A stretch of DNA of 64,000 nucleotides from NCBI RefSeq assembly GCF_014353015.1, contig NZ_CP060704.1, forward strand, positions 1,282,210 to 1,346,209. The letters run 5' to 3'. Shown one piece after another: positions 53,463 to 63,810 of the stretch (within the stretch, counting starts at the first letter, position 1; each line of letters begins with the position of its first letter). Origin of the DNA: Chitinimonas koreensis. Its GTDB lineage: Bacteria; Pseudomonadota; Gammaproteobacteria; Burkholderiales; Chitinimonadaceae. The notes under the pieces are model-generated. The model did not search any database. It had not been told where the DNA came from and saw only the letters and a program-made list of their open reading frames with translations. The position numbers and the translations under genes are program-made.

Positions 53463-53495
53463 GGGGCCTGCACAGAAGCCCATTCCATGGCGGCC

Positions 53496-54707
53496 TCAGA
53501 CCCGCGCGCCGGCGATATGCACGGCGCCCCAGGTGGTGCGCCAGCGTTGCTTGACGGAGAGCAGCCCGACCCAGGCCAGCAGCGCCAGCGCGGCGAAGAT
53601 CGTCAGCCCGGTCGAATAGCCGCCGGTGAGCTGCTTGGAATAGCCGAGCCCGGCCGCCAGCAGGAAGCCGCCGATGCCGCCGGCCATGCCGACAAGCCCG
53701 GTCATCACCCCGATCTCGCGGCGGAAGCGCTGCGGTACCAGCTGGAACACCGCGCCGTTGCCCATGCCCAGCCACAGCATGCCGGCCACCAGGGCGGTCA
53801 GCGCCATCCAGGCCTCGGGCAGGTCGCGGCCGACCAGCCACAGGCAGGCCGAGGCCAGCGTGTACAGCACCAGCAGCGAGCGGATGCCGCCGACGCGGTC
53901 GGCCAGCGCGCCGCCGATCGGCCGCATCAGGGAACCGGCGAACACGCACAGCGCGGTGTAGAAGCCGGCCTTGACCGGGTCGAGCCCGTACTGGTCGTTG
54001 AAATAGACGGTGAGCGAGGAGGCGAGGCCGGAGAAGCCGCCGAAGGTGACGCAGTAGAAGAACATGAACCACCAGGCGTCGCGGTCGCGCAGCACGGCGA
54101 GGTAGGCCGACAGCTTCTTGGCCGGCGGGCAGTCGGGGCTGTCGCGGGCGAAAGCCAGGTAGACCAGGAAGACCAGCGCCAGCGGCGCCAGCGCCAGGCC
54201 GAACACCGCGTTCCAGCCGAAAGCCTTGGCCAGCGAGGGCGCGAACAGCGCGGCGATGGCGGTGCCCGAGTTGCCGGCGCCGGCGATGCCCATGGCGGCG
54301 CCCTGGTAGTGCGGCGGATACCAGCGGCTGGCCAGCGGCAGCGCCACCGCGAACGAGGCGCCGGCCACGCCGAGGAAGACCGCCAGCAGCATCACCTGGC
54401 CGAAGCTGTGCACGCCGGCCAGCCAGGCCACCGCCAGCGCCGCCATCACGATCAGTTGGCCGATCGCGCCGGCGCGCTTGGGCCGCAGGTGGTCGACCAG
54501 CACGCCCATCACCAGCCGCAGCAGCGCGCCGGCCAGCAGCGGGGTGGCCACCATCAGGCCTTTCTGCGCCGGGGTGAGGCCGAGGTCGCGGGCGATGTGC
54601 ACCGCCAGCGGGCCGAGCAGCACCCAGACCATGAAACTCAGGTCGAAATAGAGGAAGGCCGACAGCAGCGTGGGCGGGTGGCCCGCTTTCCAGAAACCCT
54701 TGTCCAT
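53496..54707 (-). CDS. narK: MFS nitrate/nitrite transporter (NarK/NasA family)
   Basis: 12-TM MFS with nitrate-transporter signature region (GGALLRLVMGVLVD; AGAGNSGTA). Confidence 0.8.
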   Translation of the reverse strand: MDKGFWKAGHPPTLLSAFLYFDLSFMVWVLLGPLAVHIARDLGLTPAQKGLMVATPLLAGALLRLVMGVLVDHLRPKRAGAIGQLIVMAALAVAWLAGVHSFGQVMLLAVFLGVAGASFAVALPLASRWYPPHYQGAAMGIAGAGNSGTAIAALFAPSLAKAFGWNAVFGLALAPLALVFLVYLAFARDSPDCPPAKKLSAYLAVLRDRDAWWFMFFYCVTFGGFSGLASSLTVYFNDQYGLDPVKAGFYTALCVFAGSLMRPIGGALADRVGGIRSLLVLYTLASACLWLVGRDLPEAWMALTALVAGMLWLGMGNGAVFQLVPQRFRREIGVMTGLVGMAGGIGGFLLAAGLGYSKQLTGGYSTGLTIFAALALLAWVGLLSVKQRWRTTWGAVHIAGARV

Positions 54708-55132
54708 CTGTGTTCTCCATGCGTGAAGACGCAAAAAAGGCGTCCGCGCTGGGCGGCGGGTCTGCGATGAGAGACCGCCGCGTAGCGAGGACGCCTTTGT
54801 CCGGATTCGAGGGTTCGACGTTGAACCGTTGTCTTGCCAGGCCAGCGGTCCGCCGTTGAACCGTTGGGTGCTGCTTCATTCTGGCGGAACGCTAACAGCA
54901 ACTGCCGTGCCAGCGTCGTGGCCTAGCTGGATCAAGGGCTTGCAGGCATGATGGCCGCGGCGCGGCCCGGTCCGTGCGCGCGGTTTGTGCATTGCAGCAG
55001 CGGCATGCACCGCAGCTGTGCGGAGCGGCGGCGGCCGTCGCGGCCGGCCGGCTTGTATGACACCGGGCTTCCCGCTACCCTCGCGCCCTTTCTGAAAACG
55101 CACCGGCCCGTCGCCCGGGGAGGAAAACAGCC

Positions 55133-56674
55133 ATGTCGTCCAACAAGAACAACGCGCCGTCCGGCGTCCTCGCCACGCTCGCGCTGGCCCTGCTGCTGGC
55201 CGGTTGCGGCGGCGGCGGCGAAGGATCGGGCCCGGCGCCATGGAACGGCGGCGGGAGCAACGGCGGTGGCGGCGTGGCGGTGGCGCAGAAGTGCGCGGCC
55301 AACAACCCGTACCGCCAGGACGCCAGCGCGGCCACCACGCCGGGCACCCTGGCCGACGAGAAGGCCTGGCTGCGCGCCTACATGGGCGAGGCCTACCTGT
55401 GGTACGGCGAGATCCCGGCGGTGAACGCCGCGGCGGCGGCCTACTCGGACGAGCGCGACGTCTACGGCTCGCTCGACAACTATTTCGAAGCGCTGAAGAC
55501 GCCGGCGCGCACCGCCTCGGGCAAGCGCAAGGACCAGTTCAGCTTCATCTACCCGACCCGGGAATGGGATGCGCTGTCGCAGTCGGGCGCGGTGCTCGGC
55601 TACGGCATCGAGTGGCACATGACCAGCAGCACGCCGCCGCGCGGCCTGCGCGTGGCCTACGTCGAGCCGGGCTCGCCGGCGGCGGCGGCCGGCGTGCTGC
55701 GCGGCGACGTGCTGGTGAGCGCCGACGGCATCCCTGCCGACGCCAGCGCGTCGTCGGAAGTGGCGCTGATGAACGCCGCGCTCTACCCGACCGGCGCCGG
55801 CCGCCACGGCTTCGTGTTCAGCCGAGCCGGCGTGGTGCAGCCGGCGCTGCAGCTCGACGCGACCACGGTGGTCAAGCAGCCGGTGCTGGTGGCCAAGACG
55901 GTCGACGTGGCGGGCCAGAAGGTCGGCTACATCGCCTTCAACGACCATATCGCCAGCGCCGAGTCGCAGCTGATCGCCGCGGTGAACCAGCTCAAGGCCG
56001 CCAGCGTGACCGACCTGGTGCTGGACCTGCGCTACAACGGCGGCGGCTATCTCTATATCGCCAACGAGCTGTCCTACATGATCGCCGGCCCGGCGCGCAC
56101 CGGCGGCAAGGTGTTCGAGCGCCAGCAGTACAACGACAAGCGCGCGGCCGAGACCGCGGCGGCGGTCGATACCTTCAGCAGCACTGCCTGCCTGCTCGAC
56201 GCCAACTACAACTGCACCTCGAACCAGGCGCTGCCGACGCTGAACCTGGGCCGCGTCTACGTGCTGGCCGGTTCGTCGACCTGTTCGGCCAGCGAGGCCA
56301 TCGTCAACGGCCTGCGCGGCATCGACGTCGACGTGCGGCTGATCGGCGGCACCACCTGCGGCAAGCCCTACGGCTTCACTGCCAAGGACAACTGCGGCAT
56401 CTCGTACTTCCCGATCGAATTCAAGGGCGCCAACGCCAAGGGCTACGGCGACTACGCCGACGGCTTCGCGCCGACCTGCCAGGCGGCGGACGACTTCTCC
56501 AAGCCGCTGGGCGACCCGAGCGAGGGGCTGTTCGCGGCGGCGCTGTACCACCGTGCCAATGCCAGCTGCAAGCCGGCGGCGGCGGGGAAGATGGTCGGGG
56601 AGGTGGCGACGGAGGGGTTCCTGCTGCGCGGGCCGGCGCGTGAGAACCGGATTCTGTTGCCTATCGGCAGGTGA
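55133..56674 (+). CDS. S41-family peptidase lipoprotein (tail-specific/C-terminal processing peptidase-like)
   Basis: Lipobox LLAGC; PDZ-like region (AAAGVLRGDVLVSADG); S41 catalytic region (LDLRYNGGGY..; GSSTCSASEAIV). Confidence 0.7.
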   Translation: MSSNKNNAPSGVLATLALALLLAGCGGGGEGSGPAPWNGGGSNGGGGVAVAQKCAANNPYRQDASAATTPGTLADEKAWLRAYMGEAYLWYGEIPAVNAAAAAYSDERDVYGSLDNYFEALKTPARTASGKRKDQFSFIYPTREWDALSQSGAVLGYGIEWHMTSSTPPRGLRVAYVEPGSPAAAAGVLRGDVLVSADGIPADASASSEVALMNAALYPTGAGRHGFVFSRAGVVQPALQLDATTVVKQPVLVAKTVDVAGQKVGYIAFNDHIASAESQLIAAVNQLKAASVTDLVLDLRYNGGGYLYIANELSYMIAGPARTGGKVFERQQYNDKRAAETAAAVDTFSSTACLLDANYNCTSNQALPTLNLGRVYVLAGSSTCSASEAIVNGLRGIDVDVRLIGGTTCGKPYGFTAKDNCGISYFPIEFKGANAKGYGDYADGFAPTCQAADDFSKPLGDPSEGLFAAALYHRANASCKPAAAGKMVGEVATEGFLLRGPARENRILLPIGR

Positions 56675-56699
56675 AATGTGAAACGTGAAATGTGAAAGG

Positions 56700-56875
56700 T
56701 GAAACGTGTAGCCCCATCCCCCACCCAGCCTTCCCCTTGAAGGGGGAGGGCAGGGCGCCTGAGTCTCGATCGGTAGTGACCGTCAAGCGCGTCGCTGCGC
56801 TGCGCCCTCCCTTCAAGGGGAGGGGCGGGGTGGGGACGGGGTCAACACCTCACGCCTCACCCCTCACGCCTCACA
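56700..56875. repeat. Family A palindromic element
   Basis: CCCCATCCCCCACCC..CCCCTTGAAGGGGGAGGG...CCCTCCCTTCAAGGGGAGGGGCGGGGTGGGG..ACACCTCACGCCTCACCCCTCAC. Confidence 0.75.
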
Positions 56876-56880
56876 TCATT

Positions 56881-57810
56881 TCAGTCGACCAGCCCCTGGA
56901 ACAGCGCCGTCGACAGATACCGCTCGCCGAACGACGGGATCACCACCACGATCAGCTTGCCGGCGTTCTCCGGCCGCCGGGCCACTTCCAGCGCCGCCCA
57001 CACCGCCGCGCCCGAGCTGATGCCGACCAGCAGGCCCTCCTCGGTCGCCATCCGCCGCGCCAGCGCGAAGGCGTCCTCGTTCTTCACCCGCACCACCTCG
57101 TCGTAGGCCGCCGTATTGAGCACGCCCGGCACGAAGCCGGCACCGATGCCCTGGATCGGGTGCGGGCCCTTGGCGCCGCCGCTGAGCACCGGGCTGGCGT
57201 CGGGCTCGACCGCGACCGCGCGGAAACCGGGCCTGCGCGCCTTGATCACCTCGGCCACGCCGGTGATGGTGCCGCCGGTGCCGACGCCCGCCACCAGGAT
57301 GTCGACCTGGCCGTCGGTGTCGTTCCAGATCTCCTCGGCCGTGGTCTCGCGGTGGATCTTCGGATTAGCCGGGTTCTCGAACTGCTGCGGCATGAACCAG
57401 CCGTTGGCCTCGGCCAGCTCGCGCGCCTTGTTGACCGCGCCGGTCATGCCCTCGGCCCCGGGCGTCAGCACCAGCTCGGCGCCGTAGCCGCGCAGGAGCG
57501 CGCGGCGTTCCTTCGACATGGTTTCCGGCATGGTCAGCACGCACTTGTAGCCGCGCGCGGCGCAGACCATGGCCAGGCCGATGCCGGTATTGCCCGAGGT
57601 CGGCTCGACCACCGTGGCGCCGGCCTGCAGCTGGCCGGCCGCCTCGGCCGTGTCGATCATGCTGACCGCGATGCGGTCCTTCACGCTGTGCGAGGGGTTG
57701 AAGAACTCGAGCTTGGCCACCACGCGGGCCTGGCAGCCGGCGGTGACACGGTTGAGCTGGACCAGCGGGGTATGGCCGATCAGTCGGCTGATGTCCTGGG
57801 CGATGCGCAT
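56881..57810 (-). CDS. cysK: Cysteine synthase A (O-acetylserine sulfhydrylase)
   Basis: PLP-lysine context SVKDRIA; [10 protein letters not shown]; 309 aa. Confidence 0.9.
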   Translation of the reverse strand: MRIAQDISRLIGHTPLVQLNRVTAGCQARVVAKLEFFNPSHSVKDRIAVSMIDTAEAAGQLQAGATVVEPTSGNTGIGLAMVCAARGYKCVLTMPETMSKERRALLRGYGAELVLTPGAEGMTGAVNKARELAEANGWFMPQQFENPANPKIHRETTAEEIWNDTDGQVDILVAGVGTGGTITGVAEVIKARRPGFRAVAVEPDASPVLSGGAKGPHPIQGIGAGFVPGVLNTAAYDEVVRVKNEDAFALARRMATEEGLLVGISSGAAVWAALEVARRPENAGKLIVVVIPSFGERYLSTALFQGLVD

Positions 57811-58105
57811 GGGGAGTCTCCGGTTGGGGCGCGGCGCCGGGCCGCGTCGAGGCGAATGATAGGCCGGCCGGGGGCCGGCGATACAATGGCGGCTGACCAT
57901 TACTTTAGAAGCTGTCTGCAGGCGGCGGCCGGATCGCCGATCCGGCGTCGGCCGGGCGCGCTGCTTTGCTTTTGCAGGCGCGGCCGGCCCGTATTGGGCT
58001 TTAGCCGCGAAGGCGTCGGTGGGATGTCCACCAATCGTGGCTGAAGCCGCGCCTACAAGAACCCACCGCGTGCAGGCGGTTCTCGAACCAACCGGACCGA
58101 TCCCG

Positions 58106-59329
58106 ATGAAAACCTATGTCGTAGGCGGCGCCGTGCGCGACGAGCTGCTCGGCCTGCCGGTGAAGGACCGCGACCACGTGGTGGTGGGCGCCACGCCCGA
58201 GGAGATGCTGGCGGCCGGCTTCAGGCCGGTCGGCAAGGATTTCCCGGTGTTCCTGCATCCGCGCACCCACGAGGAATACGCGCTGGCGCGCACCGAGCGC
58301 AAGTCCGGCCGCGGCTACACCGGCTTCGCGGTCTACGCCGCGCCCGACGTCACGCTGGAGGACGACCTGGGCCGGCGCGACCTGACCATCAACGCCATCG
58401 CCATGGACGAGGACGGCGAGCTGATCGACCCCTACCACGGCCAGGCCGACCTGGCCGCGCGGGTGCTGCGCCACGTCGGCGAGGCCTTCGTCGAGGACCC
58501 GGTGCGCATCCTGCGGCTGGCCCGCTTCGCCGCGCGCTTCGGTTTCGAGGTGGCCGGCGAGACGATGGCGCTGTGCCGCCACATGGTGGCGATCGGCGAG
58601 GTCGACCACCTGGTGGCCGAGCGGGTCTGGCAGGAGCTGGCCCGCGGCCTGATGGAAGACCGGCCCTCGCGCATGTTCATGGTGCTGCGCGACTGCGGCG
58701 CCTTGGCGCGGCTGCTGCCCGAGCTCGACGCGCTGTTCGGCGTGCCGCAGCCGCCGCAATGGCATCCGGAAATCGACAGCGGCGACCACGCGATGCGCGT
58801 GCTCGACTACGCCGCGGCGCAGCGCTGGCCGCTCGACACCCGCTTCGCCGCGCTGTGCCACGACCTCGGCAAGGGCGCCACGCCGGAGGAAGAGTGGCCG
58901 CGCCACATCGCCCACGAGCAGCGCGGCGTGCAACTGGTCGAGGCGCTGTGCGAGCGCCTGCGCGTGCCGGGCGACTGCCGCGAGCTGGCGCTGCTGGTAT
59001 GCCGCGAGCACGGCGTCGTCCACCGCGCCGGCGAGCTGCGGCCCGAGACCGCGCTGGCGCTGCTGACGCGCTGCGACGCGCTGCGCCGGCCCGAGCGCTT
59101 CGAACGGCTGCTCGACGCCTGCGTGGCCGATGCGCGCGGCCGGCCGACCTTCGAGGCGGCCGCCTATCCGCAGGCCGACTACCTGCGCGCCTGCCGCGAC
59201 GCCGCGGCCAAGGTCGACGCCGGCGCGATCGCGGCGGCCTGCGCCGACAAGTCGAAGATCGCCGACGAAGTGCAGCGCGCGCGGCGCGAGGCGATCGCGC
59301 GGGTGGCGCGGCCCGAGCGGGCGGGCTGA
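58106..59329 (+). CDS. cca: Multifunctional CCA-adding tRNA nucleotidyltransferase (with HD phosphohydrolase domain)
   Basis: [19 protein letters not shown].. head domain; HD motif HDLGK. Confidence 0.9.
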   Translation: MKTYVVGGAVRDELLGLPVKDRDHVVVGATPEEMLAAGFRPVGKDFPVFLHPRTHEEYALARTERKSGRGYTGFAVYAAPDVTLEDDLGRRDLTINAIAMDEDGELIDPYHGQADLAARVLRHVGEAFVEDPVRILRLARFAARFGFEVAGETMALCRHMVAIGEVDHLVAERVWQELARGLMEDRPSRMFMVLRDCGALARLLPELDALFGVPQPPQWHPEIDSGDHAMRVLDYAAAQRWPLDTRFAALCHDLGKGATPEEEWPRHIAHEQRGVQLVEALCERLRVPGDCRELALLVCREHGVVHRAGELRPETALALLTRCDALRRPERFERLLDACVADARGRPTFEAAAYPQADYLRACRDAAAKVDAGAIAAACADKSKIADEVQRARREAIARVARPERAG

Positions 59330-59374
59330 GCGCAGTGTCCGTCGGGCACGGGCGGCTCGCCAGGAAAGAAAGGC

Positions 59375-59465
59375 TTCACCGCCGAGGACGCCGAGGACAC
59401 GGAGGAAATCCATGCGCGGAACGCCTTCCTCCATGTCCTCGGCGGCGAATCCCTTGCGGCGGATG
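59375..59465. repeat. Family D palindromic repeat
   Basis: CACCGCCGAGGACGCCGAGGACACGGAGGAAATCCATGCGCGGAACGCCTTCCTCCATGTCCTCGGCGGCG. Confidence 0.6.
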
Positions 59466-59567
59466 CCGGCGGGCCGCGCCGGGCAGTACGCGGCGCCCGG
59501 CCCCATCTACCATGTGACGAGCAGGCCCGTTCCGCTGCCGTCTTCCATCCCTGAAAGGACTCACCCC

Positions 59568-59918
59568 ATGCGCATGCTCGCCGTCTGGCTGATCGACGCC
59601 GTCAGCCTCTTGCTGCTCACCCACCTGATGCCCTCGGTGCAGGTCAGCAGCTTCGTCACCGCGCTGGTGATCGCGCTGGCGCTGGGCCTGGTCAACCTGC
59701 TGATCCGGCCGCTGCTCTTGATCCTGACCCTGCCGGTCAACCTGCTCACGCTCGGTCTGTTCACCTTGGTCATCAACGGCTTCTGCTTCTGGCTGGTGGC
59801 CGAGGTGATCGGCGGCTTCAGCGTGCCGGGCTTCGGCACCGCCATCGTGGCCTCGCTGATCTTCAGCGTGATCAGCTGGCTGGCCACCAGCCTGCTGCTC
59901 GGCAGCGGCAAGGACTGA
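59568..59918 (+). CDS. Phage-holin-family (PF04020-like) 4-TM membrane protein
   Basis: 116 aa, four hydrophobic helices (LMPSVQVSSFVTALVIALALGLVNLLIRPLLLILTLPVN..). Confidence 0.5.
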   Translation: MRMLAVWLIDAVSLLLLTHLMPSVQVSSFVTALVIALALGLVNLLIRPLLLILTLPVNLLTLGLFTLVINGFCFWLVAEVIGGFSVPGFGTAIVASLIFSVISWLATSLLLGSGKD

Positions 59919-59921
59919 GCG

Positions 59922-61061
59922 ATGGCGCTGCACCGCATCGTCGCCACGCTGCTGCGCGGCGGCACCTCCAAGGGCGTGTTCATGCGCGCCGACGCGCTGC
60001 CGGCCGATCCGGCGCTGCGCGATGCGCTGCTGGCGCGGCTGATCGGCAGCCCCGACCCCTACGGCCGCCAGATCGACGGGCTCGGCACCGGCATCTCGTC
60101 GACCAGCAAGGTGGTGCTGGTGTCGAAGTCGAGCCGGCCCGGCTGCGACGTCGATTACCTGTTCGGCCATGTCGGCATCGAGGACGGCCGCATCGACTGG
60201 TCGGGCAACTGCGGCAACCTGTCGGCCGCGGTCGGCCCGTTCGCCGTGCTCGAAGGCCTGGTCGAGGCGCCGCGCGACGGCCAGGCCACGGTGCGCATCT
60301 GGCAGGCCAATACCGGCAAGGTGATCGTGGCCGAGCTGCCGGTGCGCGACGGCCTGCCCGATCAATCGGGCGATTTCCGCATGGACGGCGTGGCCTTCGC
60401 CGGCGCGCCGGTGCGGCTCGATTTCCTCGACCCGGCCGGCGGCGCTTCGGGCGCGCTGTTCCCGACCGGCCGCCGCGTCGACCGGCTCGAGGTGCCCGGC
60501 GTCGGCGCGCTGGAGGTCACGCTGATCGACGCCGGCAATCCGCTGGTGATCGTGATGGCCGCTGCGCTCGGGCTCGATGCGCGCGAGATGCCCGCCGGCT
60601 TCAACGACCGCGCCGGGCTGCTGGCGCGCATCGAGGCGGTGCGCGCCGCGGCGACGGTGGCGATGGGCCTGGCGGCCAGCGCGGAAGCCGCCACGCGCGA
60701 GCGGCCGAGCAATCCCAAGCTGTGCTGGATCGCGCCGCCGGCCGATTACCTGGCGGCCGACGGCACGCCGGTGGCGGCGGAACGCATCGACCTCGCCGCC
60801 CGCATCGTCTCGATGGGCAAGCTGCACCACGGCTTCACCGGCACCGGCACCATCGCGCTGGCCGCCGCCGCGGCGCTCGAAGGCACGCTGGCCAGCGGCC
60901 TGCTCGGCGCGCCGCTGGCCGGCCGGCCGCTGCGCTTCGGCCATCCGAGCGGCGTCAACGAGATCGAGACCGTGCTCGACGGCGAGCGGGTGGCGGCGTC
61001 GCGGCTGGTGCGCAGCGCGCGGGTGCTGATGCGCGGCGAGGCGTGGGTGCCGCTGGATTGA
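59922..61061 (+). CDS. PrpF/AcnD-accessory family isomerase (2-methylaconitate isomerase-like)
   Basis: LLRGGTSKGVF..SKVVLVS..GNCGN..; 379 aa typical of the PrpF family. Confidence 0.7.
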   Translation: MALHRIVATLLRGGTSKGVFMRADALPADPALRDALLARLIGSPDPYGRQIDGLGTGISSTSKVVLVSKSSRPGCDVDYLFGHVGIEDGRIDWSGNCGNLSAAVGPFAVLEGLVEAPRDGQATVRIWQANTGKVIVAELPVRDGLPDQSGDFRMDGVAFAGAPVRLDFLDPAGGASGALFPTGRRVDRLEVPGVGALEVTLIDAGNPLVIVMAAALGLDAREMPAGFNDRAGLLARIEAVRAAATVAMGLAASAEAATRERPSNPKLCWIAPPADYLAADGTPVAAERIDLAARIVSMGKLHHGFTGTGTIALAAAAALEGTLASGLLGAPLAGRPLRFGHPSGVNEIETVLDGERVAASRLVRSARVLMRGEAWVPLD

Positions 61062-61087
61062 CCGCGAAGGCTCGATCGGGCCTGTAG

Positions 61088-61200
61088 GCGCGGCTTCAGC
61101 TGCGAATGGCCACCGACGTCGCCATGGTGAGGTGCCCGCGCGGGCCGCGGCGCATGCTCGGCGATTCGCGGCTGAAGCCGCTCCTACGGTGTAACTGCCG
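61088..61200. repeat. REP-like element, family C
   Basis: GCTTCAGCTGCGAATGGCC....ATTCGCGGCTGAAGCCGCTCCTACGG. Confidence 0.7.
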
Positions 61201-61214
61201 GCGGCGGCGGGACG

Positions 61215-62936
61215 CTAGCCCCGCCAGGCCTCGACCCGGTTGCGACCGGTGTGCTTGGCGCCGTACAGCGCCTGGTCGGCGCGGGCGATCAGCGTGTCGA
61301 TGCCGATGCCGGGTTCCCACTCGGCCGCGCCGAAGCTGGCGGTGATCGCGATCGGGCCGGCCGGGCAGGGGATCGAGATGGCGGCGACGTCGATGCGCAG
61401 CCGTTCGGCGATCTCGAGCGCGGCGTCGAGCGTGGTGTTGGGCAGCAGCGCGACGAATTCCTCGCCGCCGAAGCGCGCCAGGATGTCGACGTCGCGCAGC
61501 TGCTGGCTCACCGTGCGGGCCAGCAGGCGGATCGCCTCGTCGCCGATGTCGTGGCCGTAGCCGTCGTTGACGCGCTTGAAGTGGTCGATGTCGAAGATCA
61601 GCGCCGACAGCGGGCCGGGCTGGCGCTCGACCCGGCGCAGCTCGATCTCGGCGCGCTCGTGGAAGGCGCGCCGGTTGTAGAGGCCGGTCAGGCTGTCGGT
61701 GCTGGCCAGCTCCTCCAGCTTGTTCACCAGCCGCTGGCGTTCCTCCAGCGCGCCGAACAGGTGCTGGTTGGCGCTGTCGAGCAGCTGGGTGCGCTCGAGC
61801 ACCTGCTCCTCGAGCGAGGCGTTCAATTGCGCCAGCTTGGACTGCTCGCCGCGCAGCGCGCGCAGCAGGTGGTCGAGCGAGCTGGCCAGCCGGCGCGTCT
61901 CCAGCAGCCGGCCGCCGATCGGCACCTCCAAATCCTCGCCGCTGCGCAGCCGGTCGGCGGTGCTGGCCAGCGCCGCCAGCGGCTGCGCCACCTGGCCGGC
62001 CAGCCAGATCCCGAACAGCGCGAACAGCACCGCGAAGCCGCCGCCGAGCGCCAGCACCGTGGCCTGCAACTGGTAGACCGGCGCATAGGCCTCCGCCGCC
62101 GCCTGCCGCACCACCACGGTCCAGCCCAGGCCGGCGTAATCGCCGTAGCCGCGCGTCGGCACCACCGTGGTCAGGTAGTCGCGCCCGTCGGGCCAGCGCA
62201 GCAGCAGGCCGCCGTGGCTGGCCGCCTGGGCAAGGCCGCCGGGCAGCCCGGCCGCCTCCTTGCCGGCCGGCGCCAGCAGCACCTTGCCCTCGCGGTTGAG
62301 CACGAAGGTCTCCACCCCCTTGGCGCGGCGGCCGAGGCTGAACACCGTATGCTCGACCTCGCGCGCCCATTCCCACGACAGATGCACCCCGAGCACGCCG
62401 CTGAAGCGGCCTTCGAGGTCGAATACCGGCGCCGCCACGTCGACGAAGCGCAGCGGCTCGCCGCTGGCCGGCGGCGGCAGGATCTTGGCCAGCAGCTTGG
62501 CCTCGTGCACGTCGCCGACGAAGCTGCCCTTGCCGCCCTCGATGAACCACGGCCGCTTCGACACGTCGGCGCCCTCGAGGATGCTGTCGGCCGAGTAGAC
62601 CACCTTGCCGTCGGGCCGGGCGAAACCGATCCAGGCGATCTCGCCGGTGCTGCGGCGCAGCTTTTCCAGCACCAGCCGGTTGTCGCCGACCTGGGTGGCC
62701 GGGTCGCGCAGCTGGTGCAGCGCCACCAGCGTCTCGACGTCGCGCAGCCGCTCGTACAGGCCGAGGTCGAGCCGCGAGCGCATTTGCTCGGCCAGCTCGC
62801 TCAGCGCGGCGCCGATGTCGCGCCGCACCGCGTCGGTCGCCAGCTGGCCGAGCGACCACGACAGCACCACCGCCATCAGCACCGAGACGGCAGCGAAGGC
62901 CAGCGCCAGGGCGGTACGCAGGGAGAGCGGCGGCAT
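61215..62936 (-). CDS. Membrane-bound Cache/HAMP diguanylate cyclase (GGDEF)
   Basis: N-terminal TM, periplasmic Cache-like domain, second TM, HAMP, GGDEF (RFGGEEF; DIDHFKRVND; GHDIGD). Confidence 0.85.
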   Translation of the reverse strand: MPPLSLRTALALAFAAVSVLMAVVLSWSLGQLATDAVRRDIGAALSELAEQMRSRLDLGLYERLRDVETLVALHQLRDPATQVGDNRLVLEKLRRSTGEIAWIGFARPDGKVVYSADSILEGADVSKRPWFIEGGKGSFVGDVHEAKLLAKILPPPASGEPLRFVDVAAPVFDLEGRFSGVLGVHLSWEWAREVEHTVFSLGRRAKGVETFVLNREGKVLLAPAGKEAAGLPGGLAQAASHGGLLLRWPDGRDYLTTVVPTRGYGDYAGLGWTVVVRQAAAEAYAPVYQLQATVLALGGGFAVLFALFGIWLAGQVAQPLAALASTADRLRSGEDLEVPIGGRLLETRRLASSLDHLLRALRGEQSKLAQLNASLEEQVLERTQLLDSANQHLFGALEERQRLVNKLEELASTDSLTGLYNRRAFHERAEIELRRVERQPGPLSALIFDIDHFKRVNDGYGHDIGDEAIRLLARTVSQQLRDVDILARFGGEEFVALLPNTTLDAALEIAERLRIDVAAISIPCPAGPIAITASFGAAEWEPGIGIDTLIARADQALYGAKHTGRNRVEAWRG

Positions 62937-63198
62937 GCAGGCATCCTCGTCGGGTCGGTCAGGCCAGTGTAGACAAACCGGCGGATATATAGGCCGCCGC
63001 CGATGCGCGCCCAGGGCTCGGCGCGGCCCGCCTTCGCTTCCTCCGGAATCGCGGCTGCCGCCCGCGGCGCTGCGCCTGCATCATAGCTTTAAGGCTATCG
63101 ATTTTATTTAAACAATCAAATTTTCAAATCATGTGGAATCGCTATCATTCGCACATATCGAAACACCCCCAACCCATTGATCCACAAGGAGTCGCAGC

Positions 63199-63747
63199 AT
63201 GAAGACCATCGGCGAGAAAATCGAAGCGTTCAGCGTCACCGGCGTGAAGCCCGGCTTCAACCACCACGAGGAGAACGGCGTCTCGGCCTTCGAGACGCTG
63301 ACCGAGGCGTCCTTCCCCGGCAAGTGGAAGGTCATCTACTTCTGGCCCAAGGACTTCACCTTCGTCTGCCCGACCGAGATCGTCGGCTTCGGCAAGCTGA
63401 ACCAGGCCTTCGAGGACCGCGACACGGTGCTGCTCGGCGGCTCGACCGACAACGAGTTCTGCAAGCTCGGCTGGCGCCGCGACCACAAGGATCTCGACCG
63501 CCTCAACCACTGGTCGTTCGCCGACGTGCAGGGCACGCTGGTCGACCAGCTGGGCATCCGCGACCGTGCCGCCGGCGTGGCCCTGCGCGCCACCTTCATC
63601 GTCGATCCGGACAACGTGATCCAGCACGTCTCGGTCAACAACCTCAACGTCGGCCGCAACCCGGAAGAGATCCTGCGCATCCTCGACGGCCTGCAGACCG
63701 ACGAACTGTGCCCGTGCAACCGCTCGGTCGGCGGCGACACGCTCTGA
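63199..63747 (+). CDS. ahpC: Peroxiredoxin, AhpC/Prx1 family
   Basis: Peroxidatic Cys in FTFVCPTE; C-terminal resolving Cys region ELCPCN. Confidence 0.8.
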   Translation: MKTIGEKIEAFSVTGVKPGFNHHEENGVSAFETLTEASFPGKWKVIYFWPKDFTFVCPTEIVGFGKLNQAFEDRDTVLLGGSTDNEFCKLGWRRDHKDLDRLNHWSFADVQGTLVDQLGIRDRAAGVALRATFIVDPDNVIQHVSVNNLNVGRNPEEILRILDGLQTDELCPCNRSVGGDTL

Positions 63748-63810
63748 TCGACCGCGGCGCCGGCCGCGAACGCCGCCGGCGCCGTGCATGAACCCCGCCC
63801 AGGAGAAGAC

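Noticed and set aside
48929-53488. 1519-aa ORF on the minus strand
   Set aside because: It is a read-through concatenation of nirB with the upstream PP2C-kinase gene in one frame. The nirB N-terminus (MQKLKLVMIGNG) is clearly internal, so the ORF is split into two genes. The missing stop is probably an indel artefact.
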